In this document: in pieces, positions 1 to 10,600 of the stretch
Layout: each line of letters begins with the position of its first letter
How positions within the stretch are numbered: position 1 is the first letter of the stretch
NCBI GenBank assembly: GCA_000503875.1
Contig: CP006913.1
Location: 870,001 to 902,000, forward strand
DNA: 32,000 nt
Reading direction: 5' to 3'
Source: Candidatus Saccharimonadota bacterium
GTDB lineage: Bacteria > Patescibacteriota > Gracilibacteria > Absconditabacterales > Absconditicoccaceae
Notes under the pieces: generated by a model
Database searches by the model: none
What the model was told of the DNA's origin: nothing
The model's input: the letters and a program-made list of their open reading frames with translations, nothing else
Program-made: the position numbers and the translations under genes

Positions 1-660
1 AAAGGGGAAATTCACTATTTACACTATAAATTTATAAAAAAAATGAACCAAGAAGAACTCCTCAAAAAGTATGAAGACATTATCAAAGAAGAAATTAATA
101 TCAAAGAAATTACAGCTTTGGACAGCAGTATCAAAGTTAAAAAAATATTTAAACCCCTAGGAAATCAACTTTCTGCAAAATTTGGAAAAGATACAGGAAA
201 AATTATTCAATTCGGAAAAATGGGAAATTTGAAACAAGGAGAAAACAATCAGATTGTTGTTTTTGATGATGCTTGAAACGAACGAACACTTGAAAATTCG
301 GATTATGAAATTGCTTACGAAGGATTAGAATGAGACAACATCGCGATCGATAACGAAATCATCGCAAAGCTCGATTTAGAAATTACTCCAGATCTTGCCA
401 GAGAATGAGTCGCTCGCGAAATATCTAGATTTCTCAATCAAATGAGAAAAGAAGCGAAATATAATGTTGACGATAAGGTACATCTTGCCTACCAAACCGA
501 TAGTAAATATTTGATGGAAGTAATGTCAGAATTCTGAGAATTTTTACAAGATGAAGCGCTTGTTAAAGAAATATCTCACAACACTAGAAAACCAGCAGGT
601 GATATTGTCGCAGAATTCACTTCTGACGAACAAATGATGATGATCGCTTTGAAAAGATAG
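1..660 (+). CDS. ileS: Isoleucyl-tRNA synthetase, C-terminal fragment (5' end lies upstream of the window)
   Basis: Frame 1 is open from base 1. Four in-frame TGA are read as Gly. The tail ...DLEITPDLAREGVAREISRFLNQMRKEAKYNVDDKVHLAY... matches the conserved IleRS C-terminal region. TAG stop at 658-660. Confidence 0.75.
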
Positions 661-690
661 GATGATTACTTGAAAAGATAATTAAATTGA

Positions 691-834
691 GCAATAAAAA
701 GAACAAACAAAAAAAGAAAATATCAACAAATCAGCATCATCATGAGCCAAAACAGGAATTCAATTATAATGAGACGCTAATTCTAAATAAAATATTGCTT
801 TGATATTTGATGTATGTTGTTTGTTTTTTATTGC
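691..834. repeat. Long-range inverted repeat in the ileS-recX spacer (gcaataaaaagaacaaacaa / ttgtttgttttttattgc)
   Basis: 691-710 and 817-834 are reverse complements apart from a 2-nt bulge, and enclose about 106 nt. No ORF explains it. Confidence 0.3.
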
Positions 835-869
835 GAAACAATGACGACTTTATGATCTTAAATTAAATA

Positions 870-1310
870 ATGGCCCAACAAACTTGTCTAGATTATGCAC
901 TTCATTATATTTCTCGCTATCCAAAAACCGAAAGCGAACTCAAAATTAAACTTATGCAAAAAGGTTATTTTTCCAACGATATCGAAAAAGCAATGAATAT
1001 TCTCAAAGAAAAAAAATTTCTTAGCGATGAATTGTTTGTAGAAAGTTATGTAAGAAGCGAACTTATGAACAAAGGTAAACCGCCTATCGCAATTATCAAA
1101 AAGCTTCAAGAAAAATGAGCAGATAAACACCTTATTATGAAAATCATCAAACAAAATGAAGAAGACGTAAATAGCGGCGTAAGAGAAAGAATCAAAAAAG
1201 AAATCGCAAGCTACAAAAAAAGAGGCGAAGAATGATTCGATATTATTCAAAAACTTATGCGCAAAGGATACAGATTATGAGACATCAAAGATGTTATCAA
1301 CAACAAATAG
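870..1310 (+). CDS. recX: RecX-like regulatory protein
   Basis: ATG 870, TAG 1308-1310, 146 codons with 3 in-frame TGA. Repeated helical modules ([60 protein letters not shown]) are typical of RecX. Confidence 0.65.
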
Positions 1311-1342
1311 ATTCTGATTTTATTTATTATAGACAAGCTATC

Positions 1343-2734
1343 ATGAAAGCTACTCCTATCAGCAAATTGTATGCAGATCACAAGTCATTACTCAATACAT
1401 CAATCAATCTCAATGGATGGGTAAGAACAATCAGAGATTCCAAAACATTTGGATTTATTGAACTTAATGATGGATCATACCTCAAAAATATACAAATCGT
1501 TTTTGAAGATAAATTAGATAATTTCGATGCAATTTGCCACCTTGGAGTAGGAAGCGCAATTTCTGTAGAAGGAACTCTCGTTGCTTCACAAGGAGGAAAA
1601 CAAGTTTTTGAAATTCAAGCAAGCAAAGTAACTATCGTAGGAACTTCTCTTCCAGAATATCCTCTTCAAAAGAAAAGACATGGATTCGAATACCTCAGAG
1701 AAATTGCTCATCTTAGACCAAGATCAAATACCTTTTCTGCCGTGTTTAGAGTAAGAAATTTACTTTCATTCGCGATTCATAAATTCTTCCAAGAACAAGG
1801 ATTTATGCGAACACATACACCAATTCTTACAGGAAGCGACTGTGAAGGCGCTGGAGAAATGTTTAGAGTATCTACTCTTGATATGATGAATCCTCCAAAA
1901 ACTGAAGACGGGAAAATAGATTATTCCAAGGATTTCTTTGGGAAAGAAGCATCTTTGACAGTAAGCTGACAACTAAACGGAGAAACATTTGCTTGTGCTT
2001 TCTGAAAAATTTATACTTTCGGACCTACGTTTAGAGCTGAGAATTCAAATACCACAAGGCACTTATCAGAATTCTGGATGATAGAACCAGAAGTTGCTTT
2101 CGCAAATTTACAAGACAATATGGATCTTGCTGAGGGGTTGATAAAATACGTTTTCAAATACGTATTAGAGAATGCCCCTGAAGAAATAGATTTCTTCACC
2201 CAGTTTATCAACCCAGAAATCAAAGACAGAGTAACTAAATTGGTAAATTCAGATTTTGCAAGAATAACCTATACACAAGCTATTGATCTTCTCCAAAAAT
2301 CAGGACAAAAATTTGAATATCCAGTTTCTCGAGGAACAGAACTTCAAACAGAACACGAAAGATATCTTTCAGAAAAAGTATACAACGGACCAGTATTCGT
2401 AACTGATTATCCAAAAGAATTTAAAGCATTCTATATGAGACTGAGTGATGACAAAAAAACGGTTGCCGCTATGGATCTTTTGGTTCCAGGAGTCGGAGAA
2501 ATGATAGGAGGAAGCCAAAGAGAAGAAAGACTCGAAATCCTTGAAGAAAGAATGAAAGAAGTAGGGCTCAATCCAGAAGAATATTCTCGATATCTTGATC
2601 TGAGAAGATACGGAACAAATCCACATGCAGGATTTGGAGTAGGTTTTGAAAGATTAGTAATGTACATAACTGGTATGGAAAATATCCGCGACGTTATCCC
2701 ATTTCCAAGATGTCCAAAAACATTGGAATTTTAA
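1343..2734 (+). CDS. asnS: Asparaginyl-tRNA synthetase
   Basis: ATG 1343 ([10 protein letters not shown]), TAA 2732-2734. Two ORF-track fragments in one frame are joined through TGA at 1967 and 2003. Class II motifs are present: [41 protein letters not shown] 1967 is the Gly of LTVSGQLNGE. CGA 2588 is the Trp of W-YLDLRRYG. Confidence 0.95.
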
Positions 2735-2748
2735 TATAAAAATCAGGA

Positions 2749-2773
2749 AGCCCAACATACGTTGGGTTTTTTA
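2749..2773 (+). terminator. Rho-independent terminator after asnS
   Basis: Stem agcccaac / gttgggtt with loop atac, followed by a T-run at 2767-2772. Confidence 0.7.
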
Positions 2774-2792
2774 TCAAAAAATAGGTAAAACC

Positions 2793-3017
2793 ATGCAACT
2801 CGGCATCTATCAACATTTCAAAGGAAATTTTTATCGTGTCATCAGTGTAGCAAGACACAGTGAAACATTAGAAGAAATGGTAGTTTATCAAGCTCTTTAT
2901 GATCATCCAGAACGAGGAAAAAATTCACTTCGAGTCAGACCAAAACAAATGTTTTTAGAGGAGGTAACCAGAGATGGGAAAATATTTCCGAGATTCACGT
3001 TTATTAGAGAAGAATAA
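2793..3017 (+). CDS. DUF1653 family protein
   Basis: Intact 74-codon ORF. YQHFKGNFYRVISVARHSETLEEMVVYQALY...SL(CGA)VRP fits the DUF1653 pattern, with CGA at the usual LWVRP Trp. Confidence 0.75.
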   Translation: MQLGIYQHFKGNFYRVISVARHSETLEEMVVYQALYDHPERGKNSLRVRPKQMFLEEVTRDGKIFPRFTFIREE

Positions 3018-3038
3018 TTTATTTAATAATAAATTTCT

Positions 3039-3239
3039 ATGCTTACCAACGAAATAAATACAAATGAAGGAATGGTCATCGAATTATCAGATTGAAAATA
3101 TACAATTTCCTTTAACGAAATACCCAAATATACAAAAGAAGAAATGAAGAAATTACTTAAAATGCAAAATGAACCAATTGAAAGAAGAAAAATGGCTTCT
3201 TGAGTAGGTAAAAAATCATCAGGATTTTTTTATAAATAG
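3039..3239 (+). CDS. Small hypothetical protein (66 aa)
   Basis: ATG 3039, TAG 3237-3239, 2 in-frame TGA. It is the only coding-like frame in the gap, and no domain was recognised. Confidence 0.3.
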
Positions 3240-3274
3240 TATTAAATTTGTATTTTTAGACCGTTCAAACATAT

Positions 3275-4996
3275 ATGTCTACCCTCAAAAAACTTCTCAG
3301 CCCAGTCAAAGAAATGAAAGGTCGTTATTTTCTACTAATTTTAAGCTCGATATATTTTGGAGCTTTACGACCTATAAGTGCCTTAATTACAAGTAAAATA
3401 ATAAAATGATTTGAAGCAAAAGATGTAGAATACTTCAAATTGTATCTCTTAATTTTTTTATGAATAATTCTTTTCAATTATGGAACAAACTATTTTATCA
3501 GGACATTTAGAAGAGTAACTGCAAGAATTTTCGTAGAAAAACTTTACAAAAAATATATGCAAAAATACCTCAAAGCAGATAACAATCAGATTGAAATCCT
3601 AGGAACAGGACAAGCAAATTCCATCATCTCAAATGGATGTGAAAACCGAAGAATGCTGGTTATGGAAAATATATCAGGAAGCTTACTTAGAGTTGTTGTT
3701 GGTATGGTTGTTTCTATGATATTATTCATAACAAATTTGTGATTAGGTATGTCTTTGATAGCAGCTTGAATTTTTATTATTGTAATAATAATTAGCGTAA
3801 TATGAAATAAACTTTTCAAAGAAGTAAGAGAAAATAAAAGAGATATAAGCATCAAAATGAATAGATCACTAATCAAAATAATTATGTCAAAATTTGAAGT
3901 TTTACAAAACAACAAAATTTCCAAAGAAATACAGACAATAACAAATTTTATCAAAAAAATTATATTTCGAGATAAAAAAGAAAGTAAATGATATATAATA
4001 GCTAGTGACCTACCAAGATTTATAATAGATTTAGTTAAAGTCTGAATTTTGGCACGATATGGAATACAAATTATTGAATGAAAAGCGGGATATGCAGAAT
4101 TTACATTGATATGGATGTTATTAAATCAGATTTGATGATCTTTGTTTGAAATAAACGAATTTATGTTAAATTATCATTGATTAATTGTTTATGTAGAAAA
4201 ATTACGAAAAACATTTGATGATATACCTGCCATAAAATGATATGAAACAGGGAAAATATTCAGATTCAAACAATGAAATATTGAGTTTAAAAATATGTCT
4301 TTCAATTATGGAGAAAAAAATATTTTTGAAAATTTTTCTTTGACTATCACATGAGGACAAAAAATAGCTTTTGTTGGAGAAAGTTGATCTGGTAAGACAA
4401 CTTTGATAAAACTAATATCATGATATATTCATCCAACAAAATGAAAAATAACAATAGATAATCAAAATTTACAAGAAACCTCACTAAAAAGTTATTACCA
4501 TAAAATATGATATCTCACTCAAGATCCAAATGTTTTTGATTGAACTATTTTGGATAATCTTCTTTATGGAACCAAAAAAAAAGTAAGTAAAAACGAAATC
4601 CAAACAGCAATCAAACTCTCCAAATGTGATTTTATTTCTCAATTCAAAGATTGACTCGAAACCCAGATTTGAGAAAAATGAGTTAGATTAAGTGGAGGTC
4701 AAAAGCAAAGACTCGCTATCGCAAAACTTTTTCTCAAAAACCCACACATTATATTTTTGGATGAGCCAACTTCTGCTTTAGATAGTATGTCAGAAGAACA
4801 AATTACACAGGCATTCAACAATCTTTTCAAAAATAGAACTGTTATCGTAGCAGCTCATAGACTTCAAACAGTAAAAAGTGCAGATATTATATATGTTTTT
4901 GATAAATGAAAAATCGTAGAACAAGGAACACATCCAGAACTTCTCAAAAAGAAAGGAAAATATTATAAAATGATCGAATTACAATCTGGATTCTAA
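3275..4996 (+). CDS. ABC exporter, fused permease/ATPase (MsbA/ABCB-like)
   Basis: ATG 3275, TAA 4994-4996, 573 codons with about 23 in-frame TGA. The N-terminal half is hydrophobic. The NBD has Walker A GES(TGA)SGKTT, signature LSGGQKQR, Walker [13 protein letters not shown] and H-loop AAHRL. Confidence 0.9.
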
Positions 4997-5902
4997 TGCT
5001 TCCTCTATAATTTCCTTATGATCTGGGAATGCAAATTTCACCGTAGCTAAGTCTTTTGGATCGAGAAGAACAATTTCTTTCGCATCATCACCAGCGTTAA
5101 GTTGTCCTCCAACAATTTCTGACAAATAGGCAAGTGTTACATTGTGAGCACGAGGATCTCTGTCGGGGTTACTCCATTCTCCGAGTAACTTTCTCGTGCG
5201 AATCTGAAGACCTGTTTCTTCTGACGCTTCTCTAACTGCAGCTTCAGCACAAGATTCTCCGATATCTACAAATCATCCTGGCAAGGCAACACCTTCAGGA
5301 TAATGCCCTCTCTGAATCAAAATTAATTTCCCTTCTGGCGTAAACATCACGATATCAACAGTCAAACTTGGTCCTTTTTTCTCGTTATGAAATAAATTTT
5401 TGAGTCTATCAAATGCTTTAATAGACGCTAAATATGTAAGAACAGAAGAAGGTAATGACGTAGGAAGTTGATCTGTCGCGTATCTTGCTATCTGTTCTCT
5501 AATAGTAGTTCCTCTAATAAATTCCTTAATTTCCAAAGGAATAATAGTTTTTCCTGTAGACGAAAAAACTTGTTGAACCCAAGGATTTCCTGTTAAAACA
5601 CAATCAAAAGGAGGAAGATTTGTTTGGATATAATTAAGCCATTTTTCATTGTCTCCAAAATCAGGAATAGAAAACACTTCTACTTCCAATGTAGATAAAA
5701 CTTCCTGAACAGAAGCCTTGATCATATCATATCTTTCTTCAAAAGTAAAAGGATTCTCCGTACTAAATTCTTTATTAGCCGATCATATCCCGATCAGAAT
5801 TTTAGTAACACCTTGAGCAATCCCCTGTTTAATACCATCAATATGACCATAATGCAACCCAGGTTGCGCACGCGTAATAAATAATCAGACTTTTTGTTCC
5901 AT
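4979..5902 (-). CDS. nadM: Bifunctional NMN/NaMN adenylyltransferase (NadM type) fused to a Nudix hydrolase
   Basis: ATG at complement 5900-5902, TAA at complement 4979-4981, 307 codons, 3 TGA. N-terminal nucleotidyltransferase motif RAQPGLHYGH (HxGH). C-terminal Nudix box ALPG(TGA)FVDIGESCAEAAVREASEETGL. The 3' end overlaps the ABC gene by 18 nt. Confidence 0.8.
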
Positions 5903-5928
5903 GAGAGATAATTTAAAAAATAAAAGTT

Positions 5929-6699
5929 TTATAATCAGCCAAGTTTCTGATTGGAAAGAGCAATTCTCTTGCTATCAAAATCATTACTTGCTAAAAATCA
6001 TAAGGAAATAGATTTGTTGCTGGGCATAAGAGAAATCTCTTTTACATCGTCTATTTTGCCACCATAACCATCAACACCAACCATAATCGGAGTTCTTCCG
6101 GAAGGACTAATATGAATAGATTGCGGTTTCAGTAAATGATAATTAAATGGTTTAGTCGCAAGTCACATAAGTCACCACAAATCACTTTGCATGGGTAAAA
6201 TAGGTCATCAATTTCCCAACCGATATCCCGAACTTCCAAGCGAAGTAGAAAGGATTAATCCCGTCCCAAGAATATGTTTATCAAACGATTCTCCATGAAG
6301 ATCAAAGGAAAAATAATCCAAAATATTTCCCCCAATGACCACATCGTTGATCGCATACAAAATATGACGAGTTGCCTCTTGGGTTACGACTTCTATCTGC
6401 ATAGGATGGACTTTAACAATATCCAATTCTTCAAAGGTTTTGGGCAATGATTTTTCTTGAAGCGTATTGAGCAAAAATCACAAAGTTCCGCAATTAATTC
6501 CAAAAAAAAGTTTCCCTTCATCAAAATGTTTTTTCATCGCATCAAGCATAAAGCCATCTCCTCAAGCCACTAAAAAAGCATTAGCCTTTTTTTTATCAAA
6601 GGTAATATTCTGATATAATCACGCTTCGATATCTTTTTGCAGATCGATTGCTTTTGGTCTTTTGGTATCCAGAACTGGATAATAGAGAAGTTTTTTCAT
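5929..6699 (-). CDS. nadK: NAD kinase
   Basis: ATG at complement 6697-6699, TAA at complement 5929-5931, 256 codons, 9 TGA. Motifs VA(TGA)GDGFML (GGDG), NCGTL(TGA)FL (NxGxLGFL) and STSLGSSGY..GN(TGA)(TGA)PI. Confidence 0.85.
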
Positions 6700-6724
6700 G
6701 ATAAAATAGTTAAAAGATTAAAAG

Positions 6725-8356
6725 CTATCCTTGAACAATCGGCATCAATCTTCCAATTCCGATACTTCTTTCTTTGAGCTTAATAATTGGCGGGGTCTGT
6801 TTTTTCTTAAACTCGTTTCTCTTGATCATACGTTGATATTTTTGAGCATCTTCCAGACTGATAGGATACTTACTACTCACCGCCTCTGGCGTAGCGCCGA
6901 ACCCCATTTCCTCGACGGCTTCTGAAACTGACTCATAGTCAAAAGGATCCACCTGACCATCCTGTAACTCCGCAGAAGCCTTTCTGGTAATAATTCCTTG
7001 CGGAATAACTTCTTTATGAGATTTTCCATTAATATACTTCGCCATGGCATAGACTTCTTTTTTATTAAGATCTCCTATAAGTCAGAGACCACCAATCAAA
7101 TCTCCATATAATGTTCCATATCCAAGATCTAATTCTGTTTTATTTGAATTATTAATTACGAGTCCTCCTACATCATTAGCAATATTCATCAAGATCAATC
7201 CTCTTATTCTTGCTTGTGCATTTTCATAGGCAATACCTTGAGGTTCCTTGTGTAAATGTTCACGAGAAAAAGAAGAAAAACCTTGTACCAATTCGTCGAT
7301 AGGACCAATCTGAAGTTGGATACCAAGATTGTCCGCCAATTGTTGAGATAATTGAAATGATAAGTCAGAATTATGTTTTGTTGGCATATAAATTGCATGA
7401 ATATGATCAGGTTCAAGCACTTGAGACATCACATACAAACTCAATGCTGAATCTATTCCACCAGAGACTCCAATCACGAGCTCCTTAATTCACGTTTTTG
7501 CTAGATAATCACGAAGTCCAAGTTTCATAGCTTCAAGCAAAGATCCATATTTTTCTTGATGTTCGAAATGAACATATCAGCTTTTATCATAGGTTTCAGC
7601 CTCCAAATCAACGATAGCAACTTCTTCCTCAAAGCTCTTTGCCAAATAATTAAGATTACATTCTTTATCAACCACCATACTCGCTCCATCAAAAACCAAT
7701 TCATCTTGAGCACCAACTTGATTGACATAGACGACAGGAACTTGAAGATTTCTTGCGTGTTTTTTCAAAAGACCCAGTCTTTTTTGTTGTTTCCCCTGGG
7801 CAAAAGGAGATGCTGACAAATTGATCAAAAGATCAAGATCTTTATTAGCATATTGTTGAGCGGGTTTTGTCTCATACAAGTCATCCCAGATGTCTTCACA
7901 AATAGTTACTCCGACCTTTTGCCCACCCGCTGTAAAAACCAATGGACCCTTACCAGCCTCGAAATATCTATTTTCAAAAAACACATCATAATTTGGTAAA
8001 AGTTGTTTGTGATACATTTGGATATCTTGACCGATAACGGCTGCTGCATTATGTTTTTTCATATATCCAGAAGGCATTTTCTCTGCATCATTATAATCTA
8101 CACAACCAAGCACAACTTTTAAATCTTTTGAAGTTGATCTAACAATATCTCTAATTTCATAGATCATTTCTTTTTGCTGACGAAGCTGTGTTTCGTTATC
8201 AAGCAAATCATTAGGTGGATATCCTAATGTTGTCATCTCAGGAAAAATAATCAGACTAACTTCTTTCCCAATGCGTTGGATAACATCAATGATTTTTTGT
8301 TTGTTGTAAGCCAAATCGCCTACTCTGGTATTTATTTGTGCTATTCCTATTTTCAT
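6725..8356 (-). CDS. nadE: Glutamine-dependent NAD+ synthetase (CN-hydrolase domain plus NAD synthase domain)
   Basis: ATG at complement 8354-8356, TAG at complement 6725-6727, 543 codons. Three same-frame ORF-track fragments are joined by 3 TGA. N-terminal nitrilase-like domain (FPEM, CEDIW). C-terminal ATP-pyrophosphatase motif GVSGGIDS. Confidence 0.95.
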
Positions 8357-8373
8357 GAGTACGGTAGGTAAGG

Positions 8374-8412
8374 AAATAAATAATTGTATTTGTTACAATA
8401 ACTAGAAGTTAA
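8374..8412 (-). promoter_or_regulatory. nadE promoter with embedded ATTGTA-N5-TACAAT palindrome (candidate NrtR operator)
   Basis: On the minus strand: -35 TTAACT, 18-nt spacer, -10 TACAAT. The perfect palindrome lies at 8383-8399. 34 of 35 nt are identical to 12838-12872 upstream of pncA. Confidence 0.6.
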
Positions 8413-8496
8413 AAAAATAAAGAGATTTTTATATGGAGAACTATCTTCAAATCTTTTGCACTTCTATCTTCACTATCATATATAATGATTTTTTTA

Positions 8497-8534
8497 TCAA
8501 TTTCAAGAGAAAATGTATTTTTTACAATAAGAAA
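8497..8534 (-). promoter_or_regulatory. Conserved intergenic module, copy 1 (TCAATTTCAAGAGAA plus AATGTA-N5-TACAAT box)
   Basis: About 35 nt alignable with 13271-13310 and 18161-18199. The box at 8512-8528 has 1 mismatch to the palindrome. It lies upstream of the nadE promoter. Confidence 0.45.
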
Positions 8535-8545
8535 CTATTAAAAAC

Positions 8546-8572
8546 AAAACCCTAGTATAAAACTAGGGTTTT
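8546..8572 (-). terminator. Rho-independent (bidirectional) terminator after hflC
   Basis: Stem aaaaccctagt / actagggtttt with loop ataaa, flanked by an A-run and a T-run. Confidence 0.8.
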
Positions 8573-8587
8573 AATTAATTTTAAATA

Positions 8588-9448
8588 TTATTTCGGAATA
8601 ATTAAAAGCTTATCCTGCGGCAAAATCCATTCCGTATTGTTGGCATAAACTTTTTTGAAAGTTTCTACCTCATTATACATATGAAATAGATCCTTACTTT
8701 TGGCATAAGCTTTATTTAGCATAGCAAGACGCGTACTATCAGCACTACCCTTTATAGCTTCTGCATTTTTTCTTGCTGTTGCAACAATATCGTCAGCACG
8801 AAAATTTGCATGAGAAACAATAGAGTCTTTTAATTTCTGCCCTTCAGCAAGATAACCATCTGTTATTTTTTGACGATCAGCAATCATATCACTAAATACC
8901 GCTTTTTTATTTTCATCAGGTAATTCAACACGATTAAATGACAAAAATTTTATTGAGATATCAATATCATCCAAACCATGATTTGATGATGATTTAATAG
9001 TATCAAGCAAACCCTGACGATTATTTGTTACAATATCCTCAAAAATATTTTCACCAAGAATTGCAGCTATATCCGAACTGATATGGTCATCAATTCTATG
9101 ATTTGCTTTATTCATATCAACAACCTTCGTAAAGAAGGTTTTGGGGTTATCTATCTTGAATAAACAAAAATAATCAACAAGAAGTTTCTTTTTTGTCTTC
9201 TCTTGAAGTGTCATTTCTCTTGCATTATAAAGAAGAAGGCGCTTGTCTACTTTAATCACACGCTCCCAAGGATATTTTGTTTTTAATCCAGATTCGGTAT
9301 AATCTCTTTTTGGCTTACCAAATAAGAATGCCGAAGCTTGTTCCCCTTCTTTGATTATAAATAAAGAAGAATTAGCAAGAATAAAAATAAATATTGCTAT
9401 AATAAACAATATTATATTGGGCTTTGAATTCTGAAATATTGTTTTCAT
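8588..9448 (-). CDS. hflC: SPFH/band-7 protein HflC
   Basis: Intact 286-codon ORF with an N-terminal TM segment followed by an SPFH domain. It is adjacent to hflK with a 1-nt spacer. No TGA codons. Confidence 0.75.
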   Translation of the reverse strand: MKTIFQNSKPNIILFIIAIFIFILANSSLFIIKEGEQASAFLFGKPKRDYTESGLKTKYPWERVIKVDKRLLLYNAREMTLQEKTKKKLLVDYFCLFKIDNPKTFFTKVVDMNKANHRIDDHISSDIAAILGENIFEDIVTNNRQGLLDTIKSSSNHGLDDIDISIKFLSFNRVELPDENKKAVFSDMIADRQKITDGYLAEGQKLKDSIVSHANFRADDIVATARKNAEAIKGSADSTRLAMLNKAYAKSKDLFHMYNEVETFKKVYANNTEWILPQDKLLIIPK

Positions 9449-9449
9449 A

Positions 9450-10448
9450 TTATTGAAAGTTTTTTAGATTTAACAATGATTTATCATTAACAACTGTTTT
9501 TTTTGCAGAAGGCATAACCTCTTGCATTGCCTCAAACCATAATTTTTGTTTGGTAGTAATAGGGTCTTTTTTATATTCCATATAAACACCCATAAAACGA
9601 GAAACCTCACCTTCGGCAGCATTTACCTGTTGTGTAAAATAAGATCTCGCTTCATTAATTATAGTTTGAGCAGTTCCTTCAGCTTTTGGAATCACACTAT
9701 TAACATGACCTATAGCTTCATTATACATTTTTTCTTTTTGTTTGATTGCATCCATAACCGCATCATAAGCTGTTTGAACGGCTTTATCGGGCAATGTACA
9801 ATCTTGTAATTTCACTTCATTAATAGTAACCTTGATTCCAATAAAATCACAGTACTCTTGTAAAAGTTTCTTATTCCTTTCCTGAATTTCATTTTTCTCG
9901 GTTGTGAGAATTGCATCAATAGGTGTTTTACCAACAATCAATCTCATCGAACCTTGAGAAAGATTATCAAGAACAGCTTGAGGATTTTTCACTTGATAAA
10001 GCCAATTATAAGTATCCTGTATTGTATATTGAATAATCCAATACACAGAAGCCAAATGACCCCCTTTTGTAAGCATAACAGCCTCTTCGGGAACCTCAAC
10101 ATATTCAACAGGATTCGAATTTTCAACAGTTCTAAAACCAAGTTCCCAACGATAACGAACTTCCGTTCCAACTTTTCTAACTTTCGAAATAATTGGCATT
10201 TTGAAGTATAAACCACCAGGACCAACCTCATGAGAAAACTTTCCAAAATATTCTACAGAGCCTTTTTCGGTTTTATCAAGAACAAACCAAGAACCGAAAA
10301 TCAAATTAAAACCGATAATAAAGACAAAAACAATCAATAACCAATTAAAAGGCAAAAATGTAAATTTATTAAGTCTCACCCCTTTATCTCCATCGCGATC
10401 TTCAATAAAATCAAGATCGAAACCGAGGAATTTCAAAAATCTTTTCAT
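9450..10448 (-). CDS. hflK: SPFH/band-7 protein HflK
   Basis: Intact 332-codon ORF with a TM segment followed by an SPFH domain (VLDKTEKGSVEYFGKF..., coiled C-terminal part). No TGA codons. Confidence 0.75.
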   Translation of the reverse strand: MKRFLKFLGFDLDFIEDRDGDKGVRLNKFTFLPFNWLLIVFVFIIGFNLIFGSWFVLDKTEKGSVEYFGKFSHEVGPGGLYFKMPIISKVRKVGTEVRYRWELGFRTVENSNPVEYVEVPEEAVMLTKGGHLASVYWIIQYTIQDTYNWLYQVKNPQAVLDNLSQGSMRLIVGKTPIDAILTTEKNEIQERNKKLLQEYCDFIGIKVTINEVKLQDCTLPDKAVQTAYDAVMDAIKQKEKMYNEAIGHVNSVIPKAEGTAQTIINEARSYFTQQVNAAEGEVSRFMGVYMEYKKDPITTKQKLWFEAMQEVMPSAKKTVVNDKSLLNLKNFQ

Positions 10449-10600
10449 AATTTTTAGTTTTTATTTTTTGCTACTCTTTGATTCTCGGGATTTTCGCTTT
10501 CTCCCATAGACAAAATTAATCATCATACTATATAAATAATGCTAATTATCTCGTCAATATATCTTATATACATTTACTATAAAATGTCAATACAAATTAA

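Noticed and set aside
888-1250. Antisense or out-of-frame ORF-track entries, for example 888-1250(-), 2369-2626(-), 3586-3954(-), 25735-26124(-), 26329-26646(-) and 14903-15238(+).
   Set aside because: Each lies entirely inside a well-supported gene on the other strand or in another frame. Their composition is low-complexity (Phe/Ile/Lys/Ser-rich) and they show no motifs. These are artefacts expected in AT-rich DNA.
1232-2734. The ORF track shows asnS and about 25 other genes as two or more fragments, which could be read as pseudogenes or frameshifts.
   Set aside because: All fragments of a gene lie in one frame and are separated only by TGA. The TGA positions align with conserved Gly residues. 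These genes are intact under code 25, so no pseudogene was called.
8588-10448. Treating hflK-hflC (618 codons, no TGA) as part of a foreign island like the triad block.
   Set aside because: At the lowest native TGA density only about 2-3 TGA are expected here, so zero is not statistically compelling. The pair is a common housekeeping module.
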